DNA from: Candidatus Zhuqueibacterota bacterium
GTDB taxonomy: Bacteria; Zhuqueibacterota; Zhuqueibacteria; Thermofontimicrobiales; Thermofontimicrobiaceae
DNA: 64,000 nucleotides
Assembly (NCBI GenBank): GCA_049322915.1
Contig: JBMOPW010000007.1
Coordinates: 372,246-436,245 of the forward strand
Direction: 5' to 3'
The first letter of the stretch is position 1. Each line of letters starts with the position of its first letter. Of this stretch, positions 20,701 through 30,320 are shown one piece after another. The position numbers were made by a program, and so were the translations under genes. Below the pieces are notes generated by a model, which saw only the letters and a list, made by a program, of their open reading frames with translations, had not been told where the DNA came from and made no database searches.

Positions 20701-21796
20701 ACCAGCCAATCGGGCGCGAATTGCTACTGTTCGACCGGACTCGCTCAAGGCTCTGAGTGAAATTAATATTTCCGGGGAAGTGATTCAGAATTCAGGCCTC
20801 ACCAGTCCATTCAATGGCAAGGCCGTCCTGAAGGTTTTCGATTCAAAAAAGAATATGATCTACACAACAAAGTACGGCTCGCAGATTCGCTACGCGGCGC
20901 CGGGGCGAATTTTGTTCCGAGGATTGATTCCGATTCAACAGGGCGATTTTGATGCAACGTGCATCATTCCCAAAGATATTACCTACGGCGGAGAGATGGG
21001 CAGAATCAGCCTATATTTTGCCGATGAAAATAATGAAGGCGTCACATCGAAAGATTCGCTCTACGTGGGCGGAACGTCGATTCTGCAGGATGGGGAAGGG
21101 CCCATTATCAAGATTGGTTTTGTGGGACAGAATTTTGCAGATGGCAATTTGATTTCATCCGATGCGGTCTTGCAGGTGGACATTGCCGATAGCATCAGCG
21201 GGGTGAATATTGCCGGCGACATTGGACACGATATCACCCTGACAATCGATGACCAGGAAACCGATAAAATTGTTCTGACAGATTTATTCAATTATTACGA
21301 GGGAAATTTTAAGGCTGGGAAAATCCTGTACGATTTTTCCACGTATAATTCGACCGCGGCGGAAGGGACCAGTTCGGAAGAGTCAGCCAGCGGTTTAACG
21401 CCGGGGGATCATCGAATTACTATCAAGGCCTGGGATAATTTCAATAACTCCGCCATCGCCACGTGCTTTGTCTCGGTTGTCTTCAGCGACGAATTGAAGC
21501 TGAAAAATGTGCTCAACTTTCCCAATCCGTTTCGCTCTTCCACCACATTCACCTTCGTGGTGAATTTACCCTGCCGGGCGAAAATCAAGATTTTCACCAT
21601 TGACGGACAGCTGATCCAAACAGTGGAACATTTGACCGGCGCGGCTGGACTGAACCAGGTTTACTGGGATGGCAGAGATCGGGATAACGACGTGCTGGCC
21701 AATGGCGTTTATCTTTATCAGGTGACTGTTACAACGACCGAGGCTGGCAAATCGATGCAGGATGAATTCATCGGAAAGCTTGTCATCATGAGATAA
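17762..21796 (+). CDS. porU: T9SS sortase PorU (peptidase C25), copy 2
   Basis: Same architecture and motifs (GHG, ATCDFGRFD, KAWDNFNNS, NFPNPF); GGAG RBS. Confidence 0.9.
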   Translation: MKINSSIRWFFIVSLLVSLQVGNLAAALAHDGLEVISSDDQGVTLRYTPRVERIDTVRVNNETYLKIYVAQASLFGDAGQPMVSKRLIKVGVPLQSEPTAQTLQAEFETISGRLLPAPTIEKNGVFLHEPDRDAYSAATDFPLDVIELMPPGFIRDQRVAEIQVHPIQAVGAKNQIKIYKSIVIRMDFNGSGGQSGVSKQSLPDEEFFRGVVVNFDQSEKWQKPRPQKSVRKASGLQMGEALKITIREEGLYKITGKDLQSAGVDISAINSGSLRLFNNGGRELSQSITAQRPDSLTEMAIRVFDGGDGAFNTSDYLVFYGQSVNGWEPLSETSPYYKHYIHHYTEDNIYFLTWDGTRAGRRMASRISQSDPMLTPTTYTLGIYYKEDEINNYLDSGTYWFGRLMAGNSDEQGYSAYLPHARTSQNSMFFRFQFHTLTYNIHQFNVLLNDQLVDIITVNGTRLYTETVSKILSLSASGYNSLKIQYHGDTSESQAYIDWFEIQYQTGFVAEDNALLFHQVDDGASKYRITNFTSNLIEVYDVTDAGDVQYISNPEIASGTVTFVDDAVGFPRRRFWATTTSAYATPESFERIQFANLRAQLAGAEFIIIAHDDFYDAAMMLKSHRENTDSISTSVVRIADIYNEFSGGLLDPVAIRDFIKFAFDNWVIAPKYVLLFGDGDFDYKNIKSDLDKNWIPPFETSELNENSSRAMDEWFILVSGDDADGDLAIGRFPVQTADEARFVVEKIIQYETESVLKTEGDVLLEDWRNVITMVGDDEYHDPGSQNETMHTRDAEYIMENAIPNYFNKVKIYLIEYPAIQNPAISGYMKPAATDALLKRINDGTLILNFVGHGAPSIWADERVLLESRDLDKILNYDKAPFWVAATCDFGRFDDPMEQGMAEKLFVAQRRGGIAFLTSSRLAYATDNTALNRQFFNQLFNGETPSARLGVALIQAKINNYSTTNDQKYNLYGDPTMRLKGPANRARIATVRPDSLKALSEINISGEVIQNSGLTSPFNGKAVLKVFDSKKNMIYTTKYGSQIRYAAPGRILFRGLIPIQQGDFDATCIIPKDITYGGEMGRISLYFADENNEGVTSKDSLYVGGTSILQDGEGPIIKIGFVGQNFADGNLISSDAVLQVDIADSISGVNIAGDIGHDITLTIDDQETDKIVLTDLFNYYEGNFKAGKILYDFSTYNSTAAEGTSSEESASGLTPGDHRITIKAWDNFNNSAIATCFVSVVFSDELKLKNVLNFPNPFRSSTTFTFVVNLPCRAKIKIFTIDGQLIQTVEHLTGAAGLNQVYWDGRDRDNDVLANGVYLYQVTVTTTEAGKSMQDEFIGKLVIMR

Positions 21797-21797
21797 T

Positions 21798-21826
21798 AAA
21801 AAAGGGTTCTCCGGGCGGAGAACCCT
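21798..21826 (-). terminator. Rho-independent terminator with U-tract on the minus strand
   Basis: AGGGTTCTCC-gggc-GGAGAACCCT stem; A6 at 21798-21803. Confidence 0.8.
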
Positions 21827-21952
21827 AAATCATATTGCGGAACAGCTAATTCGGGTCAAATGCGCTGTTTAGGTTGGATTTTTTTAAGCTCGGCACCTCC
21901 TGTAATTAATGGTATTACATTTAAATGCCAAAGGATCCACAACGAGATGACA
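21798..21952 (-). ncRNA. Candidate sigma54-dependent small RNA (~155 nt)
   Basis: Bounded by a -24/-12 promoter and an intrinsic terminator; no credible ORF. Confidence 0.5.
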
Positions 21953-21963
21953 CAGAGGCAACC

Positions 21964-21978
21964 GCAAAATACATGCCA
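21964..21978 (-). promoter_or_regulatory. sigma54 promoter
   Basis: TGGCATGTATTTTGC matches TGGCAC-N5-TTGC with one mismatch. Confidence 0.7.
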
Positions 21979-22134
21979 GTGCCTGATAAAAAATGAGCGA
22001 GTGGTGACAAAGCCATAATCTTCAAGTTTTCAGAAACATGGGAATGATAATTCACCGGGAAAAATTGTCGCATCGTCAGAGAATTTTCCTTTAAATTGTT
22101 TCAACGCAGAACATTGTCTTATCGTGATACATCT

Positions 22135-23568
22135 ATGAACGATCAACCGAATCAAATCAGACGAAACGATATTATTGAATTGGACATCGAGTCCCTGGCA
22201 TTCAAGGGCAAAGGAGTAGCGCATCTGGATGGATTTACTATATTTGTTGAGAGAGGAATACCGCGCCAAAAAGTGAAAGCCCGGGTGGTCAAGAAAAAAT
22301 CCAATTATGCCGAGGCCTACGCTTTTGAGGTGGTCAATCATTCGCCGCTGGAAGTTGCACCGCGATGCCGTTATTTCGGGTCCTGCGGCGGCTGTCTGTT
22401 GCAGAATCTGAATTATGGCGAGCAATTGATTCAGAAGCGGCAGCAGGTGAAAGAACTGCTGGAGCACATCGGCGGATTCCAAAATGTGGAGATTCTGCCC
22501 ACGATGCCCTCGCCGGATACCTATTTCTACCGCAACAAAATGGAGTTTACCTTTTCCAATTTCCGCTGGCTGCTCCCGGATGAAATAGACGCAGGGCTGA
22601 TGGTTGACCGGGATTTTGCGCTTGGCTTGCACGTTCCAAACTCATTCACCAAAGTGATCGATATCAAAGAATGCTTTCTGCTTTCCGAAAGGAGCAATAT
22701 TGTTTTCGAGGCGATTCGGAAATTTGCTGCGGCGAGTTCTTTCGCGCCGTACACCACCAAAGACCATTCCGGTTTCTGGCGCTTTGTGGTGATCCGCGAA
22801 TCCAAAACGTTGGGACAGATGATGGTGAATCTTGTGACCGCGCAGGACGCCAAAGGTGAGGGAAAGGTGCAGGAACTGAGCCGCTTGCTGATCGAGCAGT
22901 TTCCTTTTATCACTACATGCGTTCATAATGTCAGCCGAAAGAAAGCCCAGATTGCGTTTGGCGACCATGAAAATACCCTCTTCGGTCCGGGCTACATCGA
23001 AGAAGTGTTAGCGCAGACGCGATATCGCATTTCAGCCAACTCGTTTTTTCAGACCAACACCTTGCAAGCGGAGGCCATGTACCGGCTCATTCGGGAGTGG
23101 GGCGCTTTCGAAAAAAATGATATTGTATACGATTTATATTCCGGCGCCGGGGGAATTGCCCTTTTCATTGCGCCGCTTGTCGGGCGTGTGGTCGGATTCG
23201 AACTGGTGCAGCAAGCCATCGCAGACGCCGAAGTCAATTGCCGGCTCAATGCTATAGACAACTGCAATTTTGTTGAAGGCGATCTCAAAGATCAAATCGC
23301 CAATCCGCCTGAAATCATAGAAAAATGTGGTCAGCCGTCGATTGTGATTATCGATCCGCCTCGATCCGGCTTGCATCCAAAACTGCCGGAGCGGATTCTT
23401 CAGCTTCGGCCGGAGCGCATTCTGTACGTCTCCTGCGACCCTTCCACACTGGCGCGGGATTTGAAACTGCTCTGCGCATCAGACTTCTCACCTGTGAAGG
23501 TGCAGCCAGTAGACATGTTCCCCAATACGGCTCACTGCGAGACTGTCGTACTGCTTGAAAAGAAGTGA
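22135..23568 (+). CDS. rlmD: 23S rRNA (uracil-1939-C5)-methyltransferase
   Basis: TRAM domain, CRYFGSCGGC Fe-S motif, SFFQTN, DLYSGAG, DPPRSG, YVSC, DMFP.T.HCE. Confidence 0.95.
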   Translation: MNDQPNQIRRNDIIELDIESLAFKGKGVAHLDGFTIFVERGIPRQKVKARVVKKKSNYAEAYAFEVVNHSPLEVAPRCRYFGSCGGCLLQNLNYGEQLIQKRQQVKELLEHIGGFQNVEILPTMPSPDTYFYRNKMEFTFSNFRWLLPDEIDAGLMVDRDFALGLHVPNSFTKVIDIKECFLLSERSNIVFEAIRKFAAASSFAPYTTKDHSGFWRFVVIRESKTLGQMMVNLVTAQDAKGEGKVQELSRLLIEQFPFITTCVHNVSRKKAQIAFGDHENTLFGPGYIEEVLAQTRYRISANSFFQTNTLQAEAMYRLIREWGAFEKNDIVYDLYSGAGGIALFIAPLVGRVVGFELVQQAIADAEVNCRLNAIDNCNFVEGDLKDQIANPPEIIEKCGQPSIVIIDPPRSGLHPKLPERILQLRPERILYVSCDPSTLARDLKLLCASDFSPVKVQPVDMFPNTAHCETVVLLEKK

Positions 23569-23669
23569 TCCGGGTACGACCCTGAATTTTCCGAAGCGCT
23601 CTATGAGGAGTTTGATTTTCGGACAGAAGCAGCGGCGGCGATTTCCCTTTTGCGATTTCAAACACGAAA

Positions 23670-23700
23670 AGAAAAACCCCGATCACTCGGGGTTTGGTTT
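23670..23700. terminator. Likely bidirectional terminator between convergent rlmD and lon
   Basis: AAACCCCGA-tcac-TCGGGGTTT flanked by A-rich and T-rich runs. Confidence 0.7.
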
Positions 23701-23782
23701 CCAACCGTTCAATATCTGGTCAGCATTCTTGCAGCATTGGTGCGTAAAATCAATCCGTTCAGTGCTGCGCACAATCTCTGAT

Positions 23783-26170
23783 TTAGGGCGCCACGTTCAA
23801 TTTCTGCTGTTGAGTTCGTTTCTCAAATGCCAAATCCAGCACATCGCTCATCTTTTCTAAAAAATGAAATTTCATTTCTCGACGAATTTGTTCGGGTATT
23901 TCAATCAAATCTTTCTCGTTTTGAGCGGGCAGAAACACGGTTCTGATCCCGGCCCGATGCGCTGCGAGCACCTTTTCTTTGATCCCGCCAACAGGCAGTA
24001 CCGAGCCTCTCAGGGTAATTTCGCCGGTCATCGCCACGTCGCTGCGGACGTATTGCCCGGTCAATAGTGAAAGCAACGATGAGAACAGCGTAATCCCCGC
24101 TGACGGCCCATCTTTGGGGATGGCGCCAGCCGGGATGTGAATGTGAATATCGTATTTTTCATGGAAATCCTTCTCGACATTCAGTTCATCCGCTTTGGAG
24201 CGAATGTACGACAAGGCCGCCTGAGCAGATTCCTTCATCACATCGCCCAATTGACCGGTCAGACTGAGTTGTCCTTTGCCGCGCATTTTTGTGGATTCGA
24301 AGAACAGAATATCACCGCCAACCGGCGTCCACGCCAGGCCGATGGCAATGCCGGTTTCATTGATCCGCTCAGCCGATTCCTGGAAGAATTTTTTCGGTCC
24401 CAGATATTCGGTCAGTTTTTTCTCGGTGATGCGAGTCTTCTTTGCATGACTTATGTTCTTTGACATCGCCACATCCTTGGCAACACCGCGGCAGACTCCG
24501 GCAATTTGCCGCTCCAGATTTCGCACCCCGGCTTCCCGTGTGTACGAGTTGATCATCAGTTTGATAGACGACTCCGGGATAGTAATCAGTTTATTAGTCA
24601 ATCCGTGTTCGGTAATTTGCTTGGGAACCAGAAAATTCCGCGCAATTTGAACTTTATCCTCTTCCACGTAGCTGGGAATTTCGATGATTTCCATGCGATC
24701 TTTGAGCGCCGGCGGAATCGGCTCTGACATGTTGGCAGTGGCGATGAACAGCACTTTGGACAGGTCAAACGCTACTTCCAGATAATGATCGCTGAATGAG
24801 AAATTCTGCTCCGGGTCCAGTACCTCCAGCAGCGCGGATGATGGATCCCCGCGGAAGTCGTGTCCCAATTTATCGATTTCATCCAGCATGAAGACCGGAT
24901 TGTTAGATCCCGCCTTTTTGATACCCTGAATGATACGGCCGGGAAGCGCTCCGATATACGTCCGACGATGGCCGCGCATTTCTGCCTCGTCATGAATCCC
25001 GCCCAGCGACATGCGAACGAAATTTCGCCCCATGGCTTCGGCGATGGAGCGGCCCAGCGAGGTTTTGCCGACGCCAGGAGGGCCGACGAAACAGAGGATC
25101 GGCCCTTTCATATCCGGCTTCAATTTGCGTACAGCCAGATATTCCAGAATTCGCTTTTTGACCTTCTCCAGATTATAATGGTCGGCGTCCAATTTCTTCT
25201 GAACACGTTTGATATCAAGGTTGTCTTTTGTCGAAATCGACCAGGGCAGTTCCATCAACCAGTCCAGGTACGTCCGGGATACAGTGTACTCGGCTGACGA
25301 AGGATGCATTTGCGCTAACCGATCCAGTTCCTTCTCCGCGACCTTTTGGGCCTCTTTCGGCATTTTGGCCTTCTTGATTTTCTGTTTCAGTTCATGTATT
25401 TCTGATGTGTCAGAATCATCGCCCAGTTCCTTTTGAATCGTCTTCAACTGCTCGCGCAGATACAATTCCCGTTGCGTCTTCCCAATTTTTGTCTGAATAT
25501 CGGACTGAATTTTCTCGCCCAGTTCCAGCGTTTGCAGCTTCTTATTAATGAGCAGATTGGCCTTATTCAATCGCTCCATAACGTTAAGCGTGCTGAGAAC
25601 ATCCTGCTTGTCCTTGATGGCGACACTGGAAAATGCAATGATCATATCCGCCAACATCCCGGGTTCCTTGATATTGGAAACCATGACCAGTTGTTCATAC
25701 GTAATCTCAGTCGATAATTCGACCATGCGTTTGAAAATTTTTCGCAGGTTGGTTGTCAGCGCCTCAACCTGAGCCGTGTCTTCAATGACCTGTTCATTGA
25801 TTGGCTCGAAAATAGCTTTGAAGAAGGGAGCTTCCTGGGTGAACGTGATCAGTTTGATGCGATACAATCCCTGAATCAAAATGGTTTTGCTCCCGTCCGG
25901 CATATCGATGGTGCGGTGAATTTTGGCGGCAGTGCCGATGAAATAGAGATCTTCAGTGGTTGGATTTTCAATGGTTGATTTTTTCTGGGCCAGAATTGCA
26001 ATGATGTCATCATCCTTGCCTGTTTCTCCGACCAGCTTGAGCGATTTTTCACGGGCTACTGTAATCGGTAAAAGCTGTTGAGGAAAAAGGACTTCATTTC
26101 GAAGCGGTATCACCGGCAGCACCGTGGGTATTCTTGAAAAGAATTCTCGTTTAAATTCACTCATTGTCAT
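23783..26170 (-). CDS. lon: ATP-dependent protease La
   Basis: LON N-domain, [33 protein letters not shown]. Confidence 0.97.
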   Translation of the reverse strand: MTMSEFKREFFSRIPTVLPVIPLRNEVLFPQQLLPITVAREKSLKLVGETGKDDDIIAILAQKKSTIENPTTEDLYFIGTAAKIHRTIDMPDGSKTILIQGLYRIKLITFTQEAPFFKAIFEPINEQVIEDTAQVEALTTNLRKIFKRMVELSTEITYEQLVMVSNIKEPGMLADMIIAFSSVAIKDKQDVLSTLNVMERLNKANLLINKKLQTLELGEKIQSDIQTKIGKTQRELYLREQLKTIQKELGDDSDTSEIHELKQKIKKAKMPKEAQKVAEKELDRLAQMHPSSAEYTVSRTYLDWLMELPWSISTKDNLDIKRVQKKLDADHYNLEKVKKRILEYLAVRKLKPDMKGPILCFVGPPGVGKTSLGRSIAEAMGRNFVRMSLGGIHDEAEMRGHRRTYIGALPGRIIQGIKKAGSNNPVFMLDEIDKLGHDFRGDPSSALLEVLDPEQNFSFSDHYLEVAFDLSKVLFIATANMSEPIPPALKDRMEIIEIPSYVEEDKVQIARNFLVPKQITEHGLTNKLITIPESSIKLMINSYTREAGVRNLERQIAGVCRGVAKDVAMSKNISHAKKTRITEKKLTEYLGPKKFFQESAERINETGIAIGLAWTPVGGDILFFESTKMRGKGQLSLTGQLGDVMKESAQAALSYIRSKADELNVEKDFHEKYDIHIHIPAGAIPKDGPSAGITLFSSLLSLLTGQYVRSDVAMTGEITLRGSVLPVGGIKEKVLAAHRAGIRTVFLPAQNEKDLIEIPEQIRREMKFHFLEKMSDVLDLAFEKRTQQQKLNVAP

Positions 26171-26369
26171 TTTCCTGTATTTATGGTGAAAGAATCCCGC
26201 AGCATGAATCGCGTGAGACTCCGATAATCGTGATTTAAAAGTCGATCATTAAACAGTGTCGATTCAGTCAATTGCTTTTAGCACATCCCGACATCAGTCC
26301 AGTGAGTTGTTAATCTCCAATTCCACCTTCCAGGGTCGGGTTCATCTGATTTTACAAAAGTGTCTGTAC

Positions 26370-26384
26370 GCAAAATATATGCCA
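26370..26384 (-). promoter_or_regulatory. sigma54 promoter upstream of lon
   Basis: TGGCATATATTTTGC, exact -24/-12 spacing, ~200 nt upstream of lon. Confidence 0.7.
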
Positions 26385-26732
26385 CATTAATTTCTATCGG
26401 CATAACTGATTAAAAACAAAAACAATAAGCCTGTCACGATGGTTCGGTCAGCGATTTTTTTTTGCATGATTGTCCTATGAACAAGTAATCGTTGCGTCAG
26501 AATGGCATGATTTTCCTGTCATCATAGCCCTGCCGTCTCCGAAGGTGTGCGACTAAAATTCCGTGTCATGCTGAACGTAATCCTGTTAATCGCCCTGACT
26601 GGAGAGTTACATCTGTCTGAGGCGGGATATTCTCGAAATCGTGATTGGGGCGAATTCGAAAATTAATGAGAAATATCTTGTATTTTAGTTTTAACTGCTA
26701 TATATTTTATGTTCAAAAGAGGGCTATGAAAA

Positions 26733-27194
26733 ATGAGGCGTTTCCACATTTTTATCTTGCTTGTTGTTTCACTGGCAGGGATGACCTGTCAGGCAAACAT
26801 TTCTACAGATTCAGAGAAGCGCGCTGTCGCCGCTTTGGTTGATGCGTATACAGCCGCCTTTGATGCGAAGGACTTTCAAAAATTTTCCGGATATTGTTCG
26901 GATGAAATGAAATTTTTCACACTCGATGGTCAGATTTTCGACCGCGAAACCATGGTTCCATTTTTAGATCGAATGATGTCCCGCTGGCAGCATTTAAAGA
27001 CGTCGATTGATGGTCTTGAAATCAATGCCAGTTCGAGGTATGGTTGGGCGCGATACCAACAAATCATTCGCTTCTCCATAGCCGGGCAGGAAGGCGCAAT
27101 GCATAATTTGATCTCCGTGGGCCTTGTTAAAGAAAATGACTCCTGGAGGATCAGCCATTTTCACATGTCGACAAGCTACATCAAAAATCAATGA
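26733..27194 (+). CDS. NTF2/SnoaL-like (DUF4440-type) exported protein, probable lipoprotein
   Basis: Signal with 'GMTC'; 'AVAALVDAYTAAFDAKD' and C-terminal 'KENDSWRISHFHMS'. Confidence 0.75.
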   Translation: MRRFHIFILLVVSLAGMTCQANISTDSEKRAVAALVDAYTAAFDAKDFQKFSGYCSDEMKFFTLDGQIFDRETMVPFLDRMMSRWQHLKTSIDGLEINASSRYGWARYQQIIRFSIAGQEGAMHNLISVGLVKENDSWRISHFHMSTSYIKNQ

Positions 27195-27300
27195 GTCGAG
27201 CCTCCGATGCGATGCGTTGTAAGCCGCAAGCTCAGCAGCGTTCGCAGAAAGCGAGCCTGGCTATTCGCTGGAATTCATGGCGCGCGAACTTTTTTTTATC

Positions 27301-27329
27301 TTGACCAAAGATATTTTTTTTTGTACATT
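27301..27329 (+). promoter_or_regulatory. sigma70-type promoter of the fumarase gene
   Basis: TTGACC-N17-TACATT; AGGAGG RBS at ~27393. Confidence 0.7.
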
Positions 27330-27402
27330 GCAACGCAGCACTAACCCACCCATGTTATCCTTTCGGTATATACCTTTTTTCCAACAACCAACAGGAGGTT
27401 AA

Positions 27403-28917
27403 ATGAATAAAGAAAAATTTACTGAAAGTATCCTTGAATTAATCCGACGAACTTCGGCGTATCTTCCTCCCGATGTCGAACAGGTCATTGCGTTGAGCCG
27501 AAAATTGGAGAAGCCCGGTTCCAAGGCGGATTTTGCGCTGGACCTGGTGATGCAGAATATTGGATTGGCCAAGCGACGTTCGTTGCCCATCTGTCAGGAT
27601 ACTGGCTTACTGACTTTCTATGTAAAATGCCCGTTGGGATTCAATCAGATAAAATTGCATGAAGCAATTGAAGAAGCCGTGTTGGTGGCGACGAAAAAAG
27701 GTTATCTCCGGCAAAACTCAGTCGATAGTTTGACCGGGAAAAATTCCGGAACGAATCTGGGACCGGGCAGCCCGGTCATCAAATTTACGCAGAGCGAAGA
27801 CGATGATCTGGATATTCGCCTGATTCAAAAGGGTGGCGGCTGCGAAAATATGTCGACGCAGTATAAATTGCCGGCTGAATTTCAGGGGAAAAAATTTGGA
27901 CGCGACCTGGAGGGGGTGAGAGCGTGCATTCTGGACGCTGTGTACCAGGCCCAGGGCAAGGGCTGCAGCCCGGGATTTTTGGGCGTGTGCATTGGCGGCG
28001 ATCGGGCGAGTGGCTACGACTGGGCGAAACATCAACTGCTGCGAACCATCGACGACGTCAATCCCATGCCGGAGCTGGCTGAGCTGGAAAGTCGCATCAT
28101 GAAAGAAGCCAATGATCTGCAAGTGGGCCCCATGGGATTTGGCGGAAAACTAACCATTGGCTGCTGCAAAATCGGGCTGCGGAATCGCCTCCCGGCATCG
28201 TTTTTTGTCTCCATTGCCTACATGTGCTGGGCCTATCGCCGGCGCGGATTTATTCTGGATCAGAACGGTGATGTCAGGGAATGGCTCTACCAGACCGAAG
28301 GCGAATTTGACAAACCAGTCGACTTCCCTGAGACATTCGAGATTCCCAAAGCGACCGTGAAAGTCCTGAACACGCCGGCCAGTGAAGCGGATATCCGCGC
28401 GCTGAAGGTTGGGGATATTGTGATTATCAACGGTACGATGTTCACCGGGCGGGATGCGGTTCATAAATATCTGCACGAAGGCGGTGAACTGGATGTCATT
28501 AAAAACGGGATTATCTATCACTGCGGGCCGGTCATTTTGAAGGAGCAGGGCGAATACAAGACTATGGCTGCTGGCCCGACGACCTCAATCCGGGAGGAGC
28601 CCTATCAGGGCGATATCATTCAAAAATTTGGCGTCAAAGCAGTCATCGGGAAAGGCGGCATGGGCGCGAAAACATTAGCTGCCTGCGAGAAGCATGGCGC
28701 AGTGTATTTACATGCCATCGGCGGAGCGGCCCAGATCTATGCCCAGTGCGTCAAGAAAATTCCCCATGTGTATCTGGAACAATTTGGCAGTCCCGAAGCG
28801 GTGTGGGAATTCCAGGTGGAAGGCTTTCCGGCTGTCGTCACAATGGATTCGCACGGAAATTCGTTGCACAAAGACATCGACCAGGTATCCCTCGCCAGGT
28901 TGAAAGAAAAACTGTAA
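27403..28917 (+). CDS. Class I Fe-S fumarate hydratase (fused alpha/beta domains)
   Basis: PICQDTG, KGGGCEN, GPMGFGG, GRDAVH, AGPTTS.R, IGKGG, MDSHGNSLH. Confidence 0.92.
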   Translation: MNKEKFTESILELIRRTSAYLPPDVEQVIALSRKLEKPGSKADFALDLVMQNIGLAKRRSLPICQDTGLLTFYVKCPLGFNQIKLHEAIEEAVLVATKKGYLRQNSVDSLTGKNSGTNLGPGSPVIKFTQSEDDDLDIRLIQKGGGCENMSTQYKLPAEFQGKKFGRDLEGVRACILDAVYQAQGKGCSPGFLGVCIGGDRASGYDWAKHQLLRTIDDVNPMPELAELESRIMKEANDLQVGPMGFGGKLTIGCCKIGLRNRLPASFFVSIAYMCWAYRRRGFILDQNGDVREWLYQTEGEFDKPVDFPETFEIPKATVKVLNTPASEADIRALKVGDIVIINGTMFTGRDAVHKYLHEGGELDVIKNGIIYHCGPVILKEQGEYKTMAAGPTTSIREEPYQGDIIQKFGVKAVIGKGGMGAKTLAACEKHGAVYLHAIGGAAQIYAQCVKKIPHVYLEQFGSPEAVWEFQVEGFPAVVTMDSHGNSLHKDIDQVSLARLKEKL

Positions 28918-29736
28918 TTATTCAGGTGACCATGCTGACGCATGGCGCTGGTTTAAAATTGTACCAACTCCACGATTTACCGTGGTGTTCAAAAATCAAC
29001 CGGCCAGCTAACCAGCTGCTTCAGCGGCTTGTGGAATACGTGTGCTGGGAAGTTATAAAAAATCTATATCACATTTTAATACACCTGTCGCGCCGGATAT
29101 GTATCCAGCGCAGGCAACGGCCGGGACGTTCGGGATGAATATCCCAAACGATCAGTTGGCATCTTCGTGACATGGCGGTTTTGTAGCAAGAACACATGCC
29201 TGAATAGTAACGAAAAATTATAACACCCGGACTGACGGAGTGAGCGGTGCAATTCAGGCGCAGCTCACCGTCGGGACGATGGATGCCGATTCAATTCACG
29301 CTGTCCGCACGATCTTTCGACGAGGATTGCCGAAGGAGGAGTCAGTCCCTCTTTGCGGCTGTCCCTGGAAAGTAGCAGAATAGTCGTGGGCAGATGTTCA
29401 TTGCAAGAACTGACCAGGTTGGATGACGCAATACATCCAACCTGTAAATTATCTCAAGAACGACACCTGGAAATAAGAGGAGGAGAGCCTAAGCCACGTC
29501 ATTTGATTGATACCTGAAATTGAAAATTGGGTTCAGCGACACATTGCTCCGGATAGATTTTGTCGATTGATGGCGTCAATGTGTTCCGGGCGTGTGAGTG
29601 ACTTGCATCAGTTCGGTTCGCTCCAAAGAAAGGGTCAGTTGGAGTGGAACGCAGCGAGTCGATTTACCCGCTCTGGTGAATTGAGCCCAGATTTCAGAAA
29701 TTCAGGTAAAAGGAAATATCCATTCGGAGGGAAAGT

Positions 29737-30201
29737 ATGGTACAGATTGGGGATATCGCGCCTGATTTTTCATTGCCCAATCAGAACAACGCGATCATCC
29801 GTTTGTCTGACTTCTCAGGAAAAAAGGTTGTTATCTATTTCTATCTCAATGATGATACTCCAGGATGCACTAAAGAAGCTTGTTCGTTCCGAGATCGATA
29901 TCATGACTTTCAAAAAAAGGAGACTGAGATTCTTGGCATCAGTTGCGATTTGCCGAATTCTCACAGATCGTTCATTGAAAAATACAATCTGCCATTTCAA
30001 CTTTTAAGCGACAGCGATACGCGGATTGCCACCCGTTGGGGGGTATATGGTGAAAAGAACGTTTACGGCCGCAAATTTATGGGCATTCACCGAACGACAT
30101 TTATCCTCGACAGGCAGGGCAGGGTGGCTCACATCTTCACCAAGGTCTCGCCGTCCACCCATGCGCGCGAAGTTTTAGAGAAACTGGATTCGATTCAATA
30201 G
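29737..30201 (+). CDS. bcp: Thioredoxin-dependent thiol peroxidase (BCP/PrxQ)
   Basis: 'DDTPGCTKEACSFRD', 'LPFQLLSD', 'RTTFILD'; GGAGG RBS. Confidence 0.92.
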   Translation: MVQIGDIAPDFSLPNQNNAIIRLSDFSGKKVVIYFYLNDDTPGCTKEACSFRDRYHDFQKKETEILGISCDLPNSHRSFIEKYNLPFQLLSDSDTRIATRWGVYGEKNVYGRKFMGIHRTTFILDRQGRVAHIFTKVSPSTHAREVLEKLDSIQ

Positions 30202-30320
30202 AGAAAACGATCCGGGTTCTTTTGCGGAGTGACGGGCCGGTAGTATTCTGGTTCCGATTCATGGGCCATTGCATTGCGTAAATTTTCTCATTAGAAAACA
30301 CGAGTGGAGGTTTTTTCACC

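Noticed and set aside
29186..29200. sigma54-like GGCATGTGTTCTTGC on the minus strand
   Set aside because: GG-to-GC spacing is one base too long, and sigma54 spacing is strict
29507..30007. 166-aa ORF overlapping bcp
   Set aside because: Alternative frame with no recognisable motifs
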